From Vicugna vicugna (taxonomy: Eukaryota): a DNA stretch of 64,000 bases. The stretch covers positions 3,113,370-3,177,369 of the forward strand of contig MU057744.1 in NCBI GenBank assembly GCA_013265495.1, given 5' to 3'. Made by a program: the position numbers and the translations under genes. The notes beneath the pieces were generated by a model. That model searched no databases. It saw nothing but the letters and a program-made list of their open reading frames with translations, and was not told the DNA's origin. Position 1 is the stretch's first letter; each line of letters opens with the position of its first letter. Of the stretch, positions 37,990 to 50,452 are shown one piece after another.

Positions 37990-38112
37990 ATTACTTAACT
38001 TCTGTGTGTCTCAGTTTCCTTATTTATAAAATGGAAAAAATAATAGCGCCTGTCTCAGGAGTGCTGTGAAGATAATAAATGTCACACTGTACTTCCTAAG
38101 CCCTCAGTAAAG
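37990..38112 (+). mobile_element. MIR SINE
   Basis: 'ttacttaacttctgtgtgtctcagtttccttatttataaaatggaaaaaataatag' MIR core. Confidence 0.8.
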
Positions 38113-39439
38113 GAAGATTTTCCATTGTTTGAAGTAATCAGGCTCCCCACTGACTTAAGAAAAAGAAAGCTAGTCTCCTTGGCATGTGATCTGATTTTTG
38201 CCTAATTCCCAAACTTTATTTCTCACCGTTTCCTAACTCCCACCCTGATTTCCACTCTCAAAGCCTCCGTCTCCATCTGTGAAATGGGTTCAGAAATCCA
38301 CCTGCCACACAGAATGGTGTAAGAACAAAAGAGACGTCATCCAGCAGGTGAGGGTAGAGGGAGAGAAGAAGTGAGACTGTCAGGCTCTCACTGATGGCCA
38401 GCAGTGGGCAACTTTCCAGTGAAGGCTGGGGGAGAGCGGATGGCTTGTGATTTGAAGGCAAAGTTTTCAAAACTTAATTTGTACCAGAGAGGAAGCCAGT
38501 AAAAGCCTGCCAGTGTGGCCAAGGACCAGCCTTTCCTTTGAAATTGATAAATTTAATAAAAATTTATCATTGATCCATTTTCACTTCACTAAAGGTGAGG
38601 GGAGATTGTGTGTACATGGTCTCAATTTAGAACAAATATCTGCAGAGTTAACAACATAATGAGTTTTTATGTTGGGAAGTGACATTAATTACCACATTAT
38701 ATCAGAGCATCTGAACGAATACACAGAACAGTTAAAATTAAGGGAACTAAACTTACTTAATTAAGTACTGTGTTTTATAGTATCACGCACAGGATATAAA
38801 ACAGTGTATTGTAGAGATTATGTTTTGATTTCCAAATGGAACCTAAGGCTCATGCAGGCAAACCTGGCACAGAGCCTGGCACCCTGTAGCTGCTGGACAG
38901 CTATGGGTGAATAAAGGATTGAGTGAACCCCACACGTGCAACTTGCGTGGCTCACATTGAAGATCTCTGTCTTAGACAAATGCAGCTGACCCCTCCTGCT
39001 TGTTTCTTACCAGGCAGGTGTAGTGCACAGTGGGTTTGATGGTGGAAAGCAAGGTGACCGCGGAATGGAGTGTGCCGAGATGTGTCAAATCAAAGGACAA
39101 AGGCAGGGCCTCCTGAGATGCTTCTAACAGAAGTGTAGATAGGATTGTGTCCAGGCAGTTAGAAAACGGTTATGGTGCCAGATGATACCGGTAAATATTG
39201 CCTGCAGTGCTGTTTTATGTGTTTCAAGTGAAAATATTCTTATGAGGAAACAAGGAAGGCAGGAGTTAAAGCTGCAGCAGTGGAGCCTGGATGCTTGAGG
39301 GGCTTGAGCAGTGGGCGTGGCTGAGACTGAGTCAGGAGTCCCCTCTGCTTCCTTCTTTCCTGCCCCGAGCTGGTCCCCACAACTGGAGCATCAGTGACTT
39401 GAGTGACTAACTCCGTCGCTCCCTGAGGAGAACATACAG

Positions 39440-39599
39440 ATGTGGGGCTTGAAGTGTGGTCTGGGGACCGTTAGCACCGGCACCACCTGGGAGCTTGCTG
39501 GGAACAGATGTAGAATCTCAGACCCCAGGTCAGCCCAGCTGAATCAGAATCTGCAGGTGATGCACATTTGACCACAAACTGAAATTTGAGATGTTTTGG
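39440..39599. mobile_element. MER5A-like hAT MITE
   Basis: 'aagtgtggtctggggacc...cacctgggagcttgctgg...agaatctcagacccc...ctgaatcagaatctgca...gaaatttgaga'. Confidence 0.75.
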
Positions 39600-39795
39600 C
39601 GTAGGGTTAAAGTGTGGGCTTTAATGCAGTTTGATCTGGATTCAGATCCCTGTTCCACCTTGGCAAGCTAATCTTCCAATCTTGGTTCATCATCTGTACC
39701 TTGTATAAATACTGTTGTGTAAGGCAGGTGAGATAGTTAGTGTAAGGTGCCTGTGTGGTGCCTGCCCTTTAGTAAGCATTCAGTAAGTCTTTGCT
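39600..39795 (+). mobile_element. MIR SINE
   Basis: 'gtagggttaaagtgtgggcttt...ctggattcagatccctgttccacc...tagtaagcattcagtaa'. Confidence 0.7.
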
Positions 39796-39896
39796 AGTTC
39801 TCATTGCTTCCCTTTTGCGGAGCGAAGGAAATAGTGAGGAAGAAGAGCCCTTTCTCTCTGCTCCCTCAGCCTTACAGCCAGCAGAAGCTTGCAGAT

Positions 39897-40075
39897 AGAT
39901 CTGGTAATCTTTCTGAGTTTCCTTCTGCCACCAACAGTTTTTCTAGTCACGTTACTGTGGACAAGTCACTTCATGTCTTCGAGCCTCACTTTCATCTGCA
40001 GTAGTGTGGGATGGTCACGTCATCCTGCCTCACAGAGTCGTCGTGAAAATCCGGTGAAGTGACTCACAGGACAGC
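39897..40075 (+). mobile_element. MIR SINE
   Basis: 'ggacaagtcacttcatgtcttcgagcctcactttcatctgcag...cctgcctcacagagtcgtcgtgaaaatc'. Confidence 0.7.
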
Positions 40076-40329
40076 ACTTTATTCGCTGCAGAAATGAGCA
40101 GATTTCACAATTAGAAAGCCGTCTGAAGGTGAGGGCGGACACCATGAGCGTAGGAGTAGATCACTGGCAGCAGTGGTGGTGTAAGTGACCGAGGGGCCGC
40201 CTGGCCGGAGAGGGAAGCTGGGCTCTGGTTGCAGGTGCCAAGGAGAGGAGGTTGGTGCCCTCCTCGGGGGCAGGCCTCTGCTACAGATCCCAGAAAGTCT
40301 GTTGTTGAAAAGTGATCGAGGCTTACAAG

Positions 40330-40980
40330 GATACACTTGAGCGTTCTGCTCTTTACCTACACGGCAGCAGAACACGGGACACGTGCACTTAAAAGAGTAA
40401 GACAAAATTAAACAAGTAGGCAGAGGGGAAAGTTTTTAGGAGGCTCAGAGGAAGGGATGATTGCATCTGGCTGTATGTCAGCAGGGCTGCTGAGAGAGAT
40501 GTGTATGGTTGGCCTTGGGGGATAGATAGAATCCTGAGAGACAGCTGCAGTACAGACTTCCTGGAGGAAATAGTATGAGAGAAAAACAGAGCCAGAAAAG
40601 CCGGAAGCACATAAAGGAAGTGTTAAAAAAAAATCTGCCTTGGAAACTCCAGATTACACGGAGTGAGAAAGGAAAAATGAGCTGTGAGGGTAGGCGTGGG
40701 TCAGGTTTCGAAGGCCCTTGATTGCTCAGTTCTGCTTTCTCCTCGACAACTAGTCATGTCTTGTTGTGGAGGTGGGAACCGGCGTGACCAAGGACCTGTT
40801 CCAGCACAACGGTCTGGTGTCCGTGCGTGAGTCAGACTGCATCAGGAGTGAGTGGGGAGACCATGTCAGGGCAGGTACCTTGTGGCCCAGGAGAGCAGGA
40901 GACCGGAGCTGGGCTTGTGATGCTGGGAAGAGACCGGGAAGAGCAGTTTGGAACAGATGCTTTCTGACGGGCTGAGACTG
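40330..40980 (-). mobile_element. L2 LINE remnant
   Basis: Purine-rich diverged segment with 'gggtcaggtttcgaaggcccttgattgc' and 'gacttcctggaggaa' typical of antisense L2. Confidence 0.4.
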
Positions 40981-42842
40981 GCTCTTGAATGTCAGCAGAA
41001 AAATCTCTATAGTGGAGGAAAATAAAAGTGATTCACCTTATACTGGGCATTGCTCTCTTGCCAAGTTCCTGCTTTCATTATATTTTTTAAAGTTCGTGTG
41101 AGTGGATGTGCAGATATACTAGTTACTTGGTCTATTTTTATGTCCCTGTGCAGGGAAAGGGAAAAAGGAAGAATTCTATTCATGTGTCATACTCTGAGAC
41201 TTAGGACAGTTGGCTAATTATAAGTTCTATTGTCTGGGTCTCCAAGCATTCAAGAGCTGAACCAAGTCTAGGAAGGTCACCCAGACCCCAGTGATTACAC
41301 AGCTGCAAAATTTGTAGCCGAAATGTCAGGCTGCCTTAGTGTTTCGTGGGCCGAAAGGCCAAGCAAGTCAAGTCAAGTCAGACTGTTCCTTGTACCTTCC
41401 AGAAAGTTGCAGGATCTAACAGTAGAGCTCACGGCTGCCTCGGGCACGGTTCTCCCTTCTTTAACCTTCTGGACTGTTGGCTGAGCCTGGCTTTTTCCAT
41501 CTGTTGAATGAGGGGTAATCATATTCTCATCTATTCCTGCCTTTCTAAGAAAGGCTTCTGAGCTCTTTGGTTTCAAGATATTTTCATAAAGTCGGAAATT
41601 AAATATCTTTGGATGTCCTCGTAATGTGGCTCCCGGCCAGCTTCGCTCGTGGTGCAGTTGTTTAAACTGAGCATCAGCCGCCTCCACTCCCCTCTCTCAG
41701 GGCTTGATGCCTCCCTGACCCTCATCTCCAGGTTCAGTGCGCTAACCTGCTCGGCCAGGCACGGTGCTAGTGCCATCTGGGCAGGTCTTCTCTGTGTGCA
41801 CAGTCTTTCCAGAGGCTCCCTGAGTAATATGGAGAGAAATGACTAACTTAATGCTGTCCCTTCTTCTGTAAAAATAAATATTAAGAAAATGCAAAGAAAA
41901 GGAACTGACACATAAAAAAATTGATACTGGAATTATAAGTGATTTTTTAAAGTTTTGATTTGTTCGTGTTTTCAGGTTCTCCACAGTGAACATAATGAGT
42001 TACATGCGTTAAAAAAGAGACCCATGAAAAACCTTTTTCTAGCTGTGGCCGTCGTCTTCACTTCTGTAACACACCCTCGGGACACTTTGACGCCTGTGCA
42101 CGTCAGAGAGTCCTTTCCTTCCGCAGCAGCGGTGCTCAGACTTTAGGAGTTCAGTGTAGCTTTAGGAGGCTGCCTGAGAATCACGGATTTGGGGTTTTGA
42201 AAATGTGGATCACTTAAAGCAACTAATCTTTGTTGACAACATTTTTAAGAAAAAGAAAGGATATTTAATATTATACTAATATAAAGGATTTAGTCTAAGA
42301 CTAAAAAAACAGCCCTTCTCAAGGAGGGCCATGGGTATATTTGCCCAAACATTTGTGCATGATGTATTTATATATGTATATACTATTTCAGATCCATTAA
42401 ACTTCTATTTAATGACACTGTATTGAATCAGTTATTTTGGAAACAGCCATTTTACAGTGGATCACGAAGAGAAGGTGGAGCCCCCAGATGTCTCAGTGCT
42501 CAGTCTGTAGTTTTATTGCCATTACAGAGTTCTCCTGCTTTGCACGGGGTATTGAGGAAAATGGAAGGAATACACTTTAATGCTGTTGCACTCAAATTTG
42601 GAATGTTTCGCGTAAACTGAGAGGTTCCCGCCAGCCACCCTACTTGCGTTTTCCCTGCAGAGCCTGGAGTGAAGGAGGCAGGTGCCTGGCTGACAGCTGG
42701 GCTCAGCGGTTACGGGCCCTGATGACTTAACGCAGAATTCAGCAACTTGTGTGAACTGCTTACCGAGCTGATACGTGACAGGATTTTGAGGATCCCTTTT
42801 CTTCTTTAATTGCCTTTTATACTCTGACATTTTTTTCTCTAG

Positions 42843-42918
42843 GACAGAAATGTTTTTTAGGTACTAAATCTCATGGTAAAACCATTTTAACTCCAGTGTG
42901 GTTCTGAAGCATGGACAG
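42843..42918 (+). other. Candidate 76-nt internal exon (5'UTR plus possible start codon)
   Basis: Acceptor 'tttttttctctag|G', donor 'CAG|gtaagt', agcATGG at 42911; all three frames have stops upstream of that ATG; no repeat recognised here. Confidence 0.35.
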
Positions 42919-44269
42919 GTAAGTCAGCGGACTTCAAAAAATGTTCACATGGGTAGGCTGCCCTTAAAATAAAGGAAAATCACGTTACGAACATCATCTG
43001 TCTCCACTGTCCCTCCTTGCTTGTGGGCTTCATGTGTCCTTTATGTGACTAAAATACCCATATCCTTCCTCCTACATTTCTTGGAGAGTGATTGCATGAT
43101 TTATCTTCTTGCTCTGACAGTTTTATTGTTGCATACTTACTGACAAACTGAGAACAACAGAATATACTTTACTGCAGTTACTTTTATGTGGCCTAGTCTG
43201 AGCCTCTTGGTTAATTTTAACGTGCAACTCTTAGTATGCTGTGTTTGTGGTTCTCCCCAGCAGGAAGCCTTCCTAGGTTAGGGTCACAGTATCCGAGGGA
43301 GCTGAGGCCAGCTGTTGAGTTCTGCTTTTTCATTCTGATAAATAGTTAACTCTTTGTATTTCAAACAATGAGATGAGTCTGTTATTATAAAATAAATCTG
43401 TAGCCTTCTCTGTGTGATTCATTATGCAAGTCGAACATCATTTGTACCGGATTTACAAATAACTTTTATTTCTCATACATGCTAGTAGACAGACTTACGG
43501 ATCTTGTGTTGAAAGGCACCAGGGCTTCCCTGGGCTCAGCCAGCAGGGTGTTGGACCGATTGCTGGTGTCTTCAGCAGGACAGGAGTCGGCGTCGCAGCC
43601 CGGGTGCCAGAGGGCTGCCGCCCCTAACTTGAGATAACATGTTCGGGCTGAACTCCACAATTTAACGTTTGTTCATGCCCTCTAAGTTCTCTTTGTAAAT
43701 CCAGACTCAGTTTCCTTATGTTTGCTCAGAATGCCTAGTATGTAGGGCCCAATAAATCATAATAATTGTTTGATTGAAGGATGTGCATCCTCAGAGCTTC
43801 GTCAAAAGAATGCCACTGATTTTGATGTTCAGTCAGAACGTTAATTCCGCGTCCACTCGTCCAGGCTGACTTGCTTGTTCTCCACGGTTTTCCTCCCGAG
43901 TTTTCACACCTGCGTGGGTGTGAGTGCCTGCATCTTCTATTTCAGACTCTTTTGCTCTTTGTGTCTCTGGGGAGAAGGGTCGTTTCTCCCTCCCTCTGGG
44001 TGAGCCTCTACTCTGCCATCACCTTCTGTCTCTCCCGGGACCTCGATAACTGCCCTGTCCTCGTGGCCGGAGCCTCTGCCTCTGCCTCGCCAGGAAGAGC
44101 TGCCAGCCTCTCCCGTCTCAGTGCCCTGTGCTCCTGCTTGCTCCCTCTGCATCTCTCTCTGCCAGCGCTCAGCCCGTTCCCCTCTCACGGGGCCTCTCCA
44201 GCCTCTGGACCTCCTCTCTCCCCAGAGACTTTATGTGATGAACGTTTCCAAACGTTCTGCACCTCCTCT

Positions 44270-44418
44270 GTCTGGCGCGGCAGGCACGAGGCACTTGTGG
44301 TCATCTGGATGTGTGACATGTGACAGTGTGACTTGAAGAGGTGGCTTTTTAATTCTTCACATTTAATTTAAATTTGAAACCTTCACCTATGGAAAATGGC
44401 TACAATATTGGACAACAG
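44270..44418. mobile_element. MER3/MER33-like hAT MITE remnant
   Basis: 'cacttgtggtc...atttaatttaaatttga...aatggctacaatattggacaac'. Confidence 0.55.
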
Positions 44419-44924
44419 GTAGACTTTCTCACCCACAGAACACAGAAAATCACTATTCCAGATGCGCGGAAGTTCAGCCATGACATCCAGTGCATGCCTG
44501 AGGGCATTAGAACTTCATTCTCCCTGCTCGGGTAACTGAAGTCTTTCGTTCCTGCCCACTGAGAAAGGAAGTTCAAGTATCTGTCATTTGCAGAGATCAC
44601 CAGCATCTCTGGAAGGCAGCCCAGTGTGAGTGTCTCATTCCTGGATCCTAAGTCTCTACTTTCATCCCGTGATTGCTGTCCTCCAGATGCTCCTTTTACT
44701 TTCCTCCTCCTCGGCCCAGGATTGTGCTGTCCTCAGCCTCCACATCCTTCCTCCTCTCTGCACTTACCCAACTGTGTATGTCCTTCAAGGCTCACACCTT
44801 GGCTTTTCTAAGCTTTTGCAGGCCCAATTAAGCCTATGAAAAATGGAATCACCCAGTCCTTAAAAAAATACACCTGTTGAAGTTTTACTGTATTTTAGGC
44901 AAAGATTGAGTGGTTAAAAATAAT

Positions 44925-45110
44925 AATAGATTAATACTCACTGAACTCGTATGTGTCAGACCCTCTTAGCCCAGCATGCGTGCATGATTCATTCACTTCT
45001 CCCAAGTACTCAGTGTGATCAGCATCACTGTTACATAAATTTACGATGAGGAACCTGAGGTGTGTGAGGGTTGCATGCCCAGGTCTCATGATGAGTGAGG
45101 TATAGTAAGT
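44925..45110 (-). mobile_element. MIR SINE
   Basis: 'aatttacgatgaggaacctgaggtgtgtgagggttgcatgcccaggtctca' antisense core. Confidence 0.7.
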
Positions 45111-45129
45111 CCTGCTCTGATTGTGTTTC

Positions 45130-45688
45130 TGTTGCTGAAAAATCAGCCTATGCACCCCGGAAAGTGAATTCAAACTCAGAGGCAGAATTTGGGGAGCAAA
45201 GAAGAGAGCTGCTCTATTGCTTTGCCTGGCAAAGGGGGACACAGCAGCCTGCCTGGGGACTGTGAATCCTCCCTGGGGCTGGGCGTGGTAACTGTTGAGG
45301 CAGACAGGACGAAGCATATTGTGGTAATGGACAACAGAGTCTTTCACGCAAGTTTATGTCATGTCATGGGAATTTCTGGTGGTCCGTTAAGTAGGTTGCT
45401 GCCTTGGTGTTATCAGGTCTGGTCCTGCCGGTGTCATGGGGGCTCTTGGAGGATCTGGCTGTTACTTCAGTGTTACCATTCTGTGACCTTTCTGGAAAAC
45501 AGCTTCTGGGTTTTGGGTACAATTATTTAGGGTAGGGTGTAAATTGTAGGGTCGGGGTTGCTGAGCACATAACCATTTGAGCAAGTTGAGCAACAGCAGT
45601 AGCAAGGAGTGAAACAGGCTAGTGAGTCAGAAGATCTCCAAAAAAGACAAGTTAATCCACACGGTGAACTCTGCAGGCTGTCTTAGCA
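45130..45688 (-). mobile_element. Solo ERV1 LTR (cetartiodactyl family)
   Basis: 'tgttgctgaaaaatcagcc...ctctattgctttgcctggcaaagggggacacagcag' matches a recalled ungulate LTR end; right boundary uncertain. Confidence 0.65.
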
Positions 45689-45918
45689 TCAGGGAGCTGT
45701 TTGTGGCTCCTTTGTTTCTGTCATGACACCTGCCAGTTCTTCTATTCCTCAGCAGTACTAAGGGATTTCTAGTTCTCTCCTGCTCTGTTTTACCCTTTTG
45801 TTCCTAAATGTCTCATACATGTAGACCTTTCCTGCCCAGTAACGTTCTACACTCCTAAGATAGGGACCGAGCTGTTTGTTCCTTTGTGTCCAGCAAGTAC
45901 CTAATGTGATACTTCAGA

Positions 45919-46784
45919 CAATAGTTTCCAAACTGCAAAAGTGACCCATTCATAGGTTCTGAAGCCAGATTACTGTTTGCCTAGTTCACAGCCCAAATAC
46001 TTTAATGAACTAGAATGCAGTAATATCAAACAACGGTACAACCATACAATGGAATATTACTCAGCAGTGAAAAGGAGGAGCTCTCAGAGACGTGGAGGAA
46101 CCTCAGATGCATAGTGCTGTGTGAGAGAAGCCAGTGCAAAAGCTCCATGCTGTAGGGTTTCCAACTACATGGTTTTCTGGAGACAGTGAAGCTACGGAGA
46201 CGGTGAAAAGATGGGTGGTTGCCGAGGGTGTGGGGGAGGGAAGGAGTGAGTGAGAGGCAGGTGGGGCACAGGGGGTTTGGGGCAGTGAGACGCCTCAGCA
46301 GGACAATGTCATGGTGGGGACGCACCATTGGACACTTGTCGGAACCTGTAGAACGTACAGCACAGAGTCAGCCCAAATGTTAGCTATGGGCTTTAGTCAC
46401 TAAGTATGTAGAAATGTGTGTTTATCTATTGTAGCAAGTGTCCCACACTAATGCAGGATGGTAATAATAAGGGGCACGGGGCTTGTGGGGGTGACTGGAG
46501 GGATACATGGGGATTCTGCGTCATTTCTCTTCAGGTTTTCTGTAAGGCTGAAACCGCCCTCAAAAATAAAGCTGCTTAAGTACAAAAAAAAACAACAAAA
46601 AAAACAGGAACAGAAAATATCTAAGAACACCATGCATTGTAAGGATAAATATCTTTACAGGAAACATTTGTTGCAGTTTTAGATACGAATTTGTGTACCC
46701 AGGTACATGGGTGAATGGGTTGCAATATAAAAAAAATGCATATCTGATTGTGGATGAGAAGTCAAAACAGCTTGAAGGCCACTG
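45919..46784. mobile_element. hAT-Charlie non-autonomous element split by an L1
   Basis: Imperfect TIRs 'caatagtttccaaact' and 'agcttgaaggccactg'; internal sequence stops at ~46027 and resumes at ~46605. Confidence 0.6.
46028..46604 (+). mobile_element. L1MC-like 3' end with A-rich tail
   Basis: 'catacaatggaatattactcagc', 'cacactaatgcaggatggtaataataagggg', 'aaaaataaag' and A tail; degenerate TSD ending 'aatatc' on both sides. Confidence 0.85.
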
Positions 46785-47397
46785 TTACAGAGATTATTGC
46801 AAATACAAAAAACCTATTTGCCAGTTGATTGAAAGCCATCTTAGAATTCTAGTGATAACTATAAGCTTGCTTCACGTACGCAGGAGCAGTCTTTTATCCA
46901 CAGACTTTAGGAGGTATGAAATGTCACTGTTGTGATGTGTCTGCTTTCTAAAGTGGAAATACATCAGAGTTACGTGATGCTGTGCGACAGCCTTTAACCA
47001 CGTGATGTGGCAGAATAAACCCCAAAAGTGTAGGGAAAAGCGATTCCTGTCAGAACGTTTCTCAGCTTTCCTTTTCGGAAATGACAGCCACCTACTCAGG
47101 TTTTAGTAAATTACCGGCAGTCTGGAACTTACTACCTTCTAGCACAGCAGAGCTGAGTTATAACCTGGAAACAGCATCAGGCTTGGCTTTTAGGGAATAC
47201 TGAAGTACCCCCTGAGTACAGAGGCAGAATTCACTTGGTCCCCACTGTTGTCCCCAGCCTTGCTCAGGACGGGGGCCCAGTGAATACTAGGCGATTTGAG
47301 ACTGACTCAAGTTGGTAGTTTTCTGCAACTGTCATTAAATAAGGATAGGAGTGTTTATTTGATGATTCTGATTTTGTCATTGTTTTGTTGGGTTTTG

Positions 47398-47476
47398 TCT
47401 TTCTTTTCCTTCCTTCTTTCCTTTCTTCCATCTTTCTGTCTTTCTTTCTTTCTCTTTCTTTCTTTCTTTCTTTTTT

Positions 47477-47519
<43 letters not shown>

Positions 47520-47640
47520 CTTTCTTTCTGTCTTTCTTTCTCTTTCTCTCTTTCTCTCTTTCCCTCTTTCTTTTTCTTTCTTTTTTTCTTTTCTTTCCTT
47601 TTCTTTTCCTTTCTTTTTTTTATTTCTTTTTCTGTTTTGT
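47398..47640. repeat. (TTTC)n/(TC)n polypyrimidine microsatellite
   Basis: About 240 bp of nearly pure C/T on the + strand. Confidence 0.97.
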
Positions 47641-48156
47641 TTCATCGTTTCAGCATCTCCTTTGGATTCGCAGGTTTTCCTTGCAACATGGGTGGGAGCC
47701 GGCATGGGGCTGGTGTGGGGCAGCTCCGAGTCGGGGCTGAGGAGATGCTGCGCTGCTTTCCCTTTCGTCTGCGCTGCTTCCTTGGGCTTTTCTGTCTCAT
47801 CAGCTTGGTTCTTCCTTGTCTTTACCCCTCTTTCTGTGCAGATCTCCCTGAGAGCTTTGACATTTATCTCAGCAACCTTGCAAGGATATCAGAGGAATGA
47901 ACACACTGTGTTTTGTCAGCAGTTTGCTAAACTCCTGGACCCCATTTACTTCCCGAATGGGAAGTCCACTCACTTTGCCTCCTCTGGCTGCACCTCCCGG
48001 GAGAGGGAAACCTGAGTGCTTCCTGGGGCCGAGAGACTGAGGGTGGCCTGGTCCCAGATCAGTGCTGCAGGGCTCCGGGGAGTGGAATCGCGGGAGAAGG
48101 GAAGACACTCTGTGCAGCAGCGATCAGCTCCTTGTTTACTGCTTCGTTCTCTTTAG

Positions 48157-48273
48157 GCCTGTTTATTTCTTTAAGGAGGAATAAATAAGACCAAAGCCAT
48201 GCACGCTGGATTGCCAGATGAGTTAGAAGCGAGTCTCATATCCGGGCCAGCAGCCGAGCAGTGCTATGTACTC
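48157..48273 (+). other. Candidate exon with 25-codon ATG-initiated frame
   Basis: Acceptor 'ttcgttctctttag|G' (48156), gccATG at 48199, MHAGLPDELEASLISGPAAEQCYVL, phase-0 donor 'CTC|gtaagt'. Confidence 0.25.
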
Positions 48274-49299
48274 GTAAGTGTTGTATGCTGTCAGTCAGAA
48301 TACACTGACTTCGCGGTTTGTTAATTCTGGTCGGCCCTCAGCAGTAGGAGACTCAGTATTCCTTTAGAGACTTCTGTGAAGCGTCCGCTTGCTGTGCCCA
48401 GCCTCAGGCCTGCAGACGGGACCAGAAACCTCTCTCTCTAAGGAAGTCTCTGGGGAGTTTCACTGCTTTCACTCACTCAGGGAACCAGTGGGTTACCGTC
48501 TGGGTACAGTCTTGGGCAGCGAGTGAAAGTCATTAAATGTCAAAACAATTTTCTAACACACATGAAAAAAATGTAAATAACGTACTTCCTCGTCAGTTAT
48601 GAAGCCATTTCACAACTGTGAAGCTCACATGTGTCCTCTGGGTCTTGTTTCTGGACCCCGTGGAGAAGTGCAGACTACCGAAATCCTAACGTCATCTCCA
48701 TTTAAAAACTACTTTCATGGCGTCAGAAAGCAGCAGGTGAGCATTCACTTACAAATATTTACAGAGCCCTTTCTTCCTGAGCACAGAGCGGTGTCTTCGC
48801 TTAACTCGCTCTGCCCAGTCCAGCTCTGTTAGTCTTGTACGTAGCTGGGGAGGGAGAGTAGCTTGTATTCTGTGTTTGATTTATCACGGACTCAACAGCA
48901 TCAAAAGCATTTTTTGAATTCCTGCCCCAGTGTGGCCCTGTTCTCTGTGCTCTACAGTGAGTCACGGGCACGTTGCTCTGGCTTCCTTAGGACTCAGGGC
49001 CTCCGTGTGTCCAGATCACCTTCCACACGCTCCTGGCTCGTCCTCTGTGACCGGGGGGTGGAGGGAGACAGCGAGCTCTGCTCTGGGTGTCCTCAGGCCA
49101 CTGTCTCCGGGAGCCCAGCTCCTCTCACCCCTCCCCTGGACTTGCCCGTCTCCCTCCTTGGAGCCCTTGGCCCTCACGTTTCAGTGTCACCCACAGGGCT
49201 TGTAGACAAGGCCCTTCATAACCATGGGTCCTGTCGGCTACTGAGTGCTCTGTTGCCTGCCTTCCTAGCAGGTTAGCCCGCTCTCCACACTGGCGCTGC

Positions 49300-49585
49300 C
49301 CGAAGTTCCCCTTTGCCCTCTGCCTCCTGGTTCTGTACTTGCCCTTCCCACGAGGCGTTTCTTAGAAGTCATTCCCCATCACGGCTTCTCTGAGACACCC
49401 GGGGCCCCGCATCTGCCTCCGTCCCCGCAGCACACGGTCCTTCCGCTGCCCTGTCTCATCCTCTCTCTGCCTCTGGGGAAGACATGCCGCTTCCACCAAG
49501 ACATTCACATCTCCACCTGGACTCTCCTTCCTCTCTGGTCTGACACCTGCCCTGTTAGCAGATTCTGGCATTTTAAACATTAAAC
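49300..49585 (+). mobile_element. L2 LINE remnant
   Basis: Pyrimidine-rich L2-like 'acattcacatctccacctggactctcc...ctggcattttaaacattaa'. Confidence 0.45.
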
Positions 49586-49587
49586 TT

Positions 49588-49745
49588 AATTTTTTATCAC
49601 AAGAAAAGAATTGTGAGTCTGTTTGGTGACACATGTTAACTGGACTTACTGCGGTGATCATTTTGCAGTATTTACAAATACTGAGCCATTATATTGTGTG
49701 CTTGAAACTAATATAATGTTCTACGTCCATTATACTGCCATCAAA
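49588..49745 (+). mobile_element. Short L1MA-like 3' end
   Basis: 'atcacaagaaaagaattgtg...atgttaactggacttactgcggtgatcattttgcagtat...tgaaactaatataatgtt'. Confidence 0.85.
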
Positions 49746-50416
49746 TTTTTTAATTAAATTTTTTCTTAAAAATGTAAAATATTCTTTGACCTCCACTCCC
49801 AGTGACCTCCTGCCCATTCAGATGTGCCGAGAGCCTGGCACTGTCTCCCCGAGGGCACGTGCTTCCTGCCCCGCCCCCCCCACCAGATTCCCTGGTGCCG
49901 TCTGCCCCTCCTGCTGCCTCCTCATCCTTAACTCACCGTCATGTAGCGTCTCCTCCTTAATTGTCCTGAGACATTGACCTTAAAGGTTCTCGGTGAAGCC
50001 TTCTTTGTCCTAACCTGAGCTGTTTCCTTCCAGTTTTTCTGCCTGGAAACTTCCCAGAATCTGAGGCGATTTCTTGACACTGCCGCCAGTGTCCCAGAGT
50101 CCTTGTGCTCTTCCCCTTTTTCTTGCTGGTTCCTGGGTTTTGACTGGATTCTTCTTTTCTACCTCCTGGCTCCTGAAATAGCTCCTCGCTGAAACTGAGC
50201 CTGCCCCTCCTGCTTCACACTCTTCGGCTTCCTGTTCCACGCCTCCCCTCCCAGGTCAGCCTCCAGCTGTCGCGCTGGGTGCAGGAAGTCCTCTTTGTGT
50301 TAAACTCTGTGGCCGTTCTCTCCAAGGCCCACTTTCTGTGTTACTAGGTGTTTGTATTGCTGAACGACTCCCTGTCCACATTCCTAACACAGGACCTGTT
50401 TACCATCCTTGCCGAA

Positions 50417-50452
50417 ACACACACACACACAGACACACAGACACACACACAC
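50417..50452. repeat. Interrupted (CA)n microsatellite
   Basis: Directly visible. Confidence 0.9.

Noticed and set aside
47296..48015. Membrane-protein-like Phe/Leu/Ser ORFs and Lys/Arg/Glu antisense ORF
   Set aside because: Translation of the (TTTC)n microsatellite.
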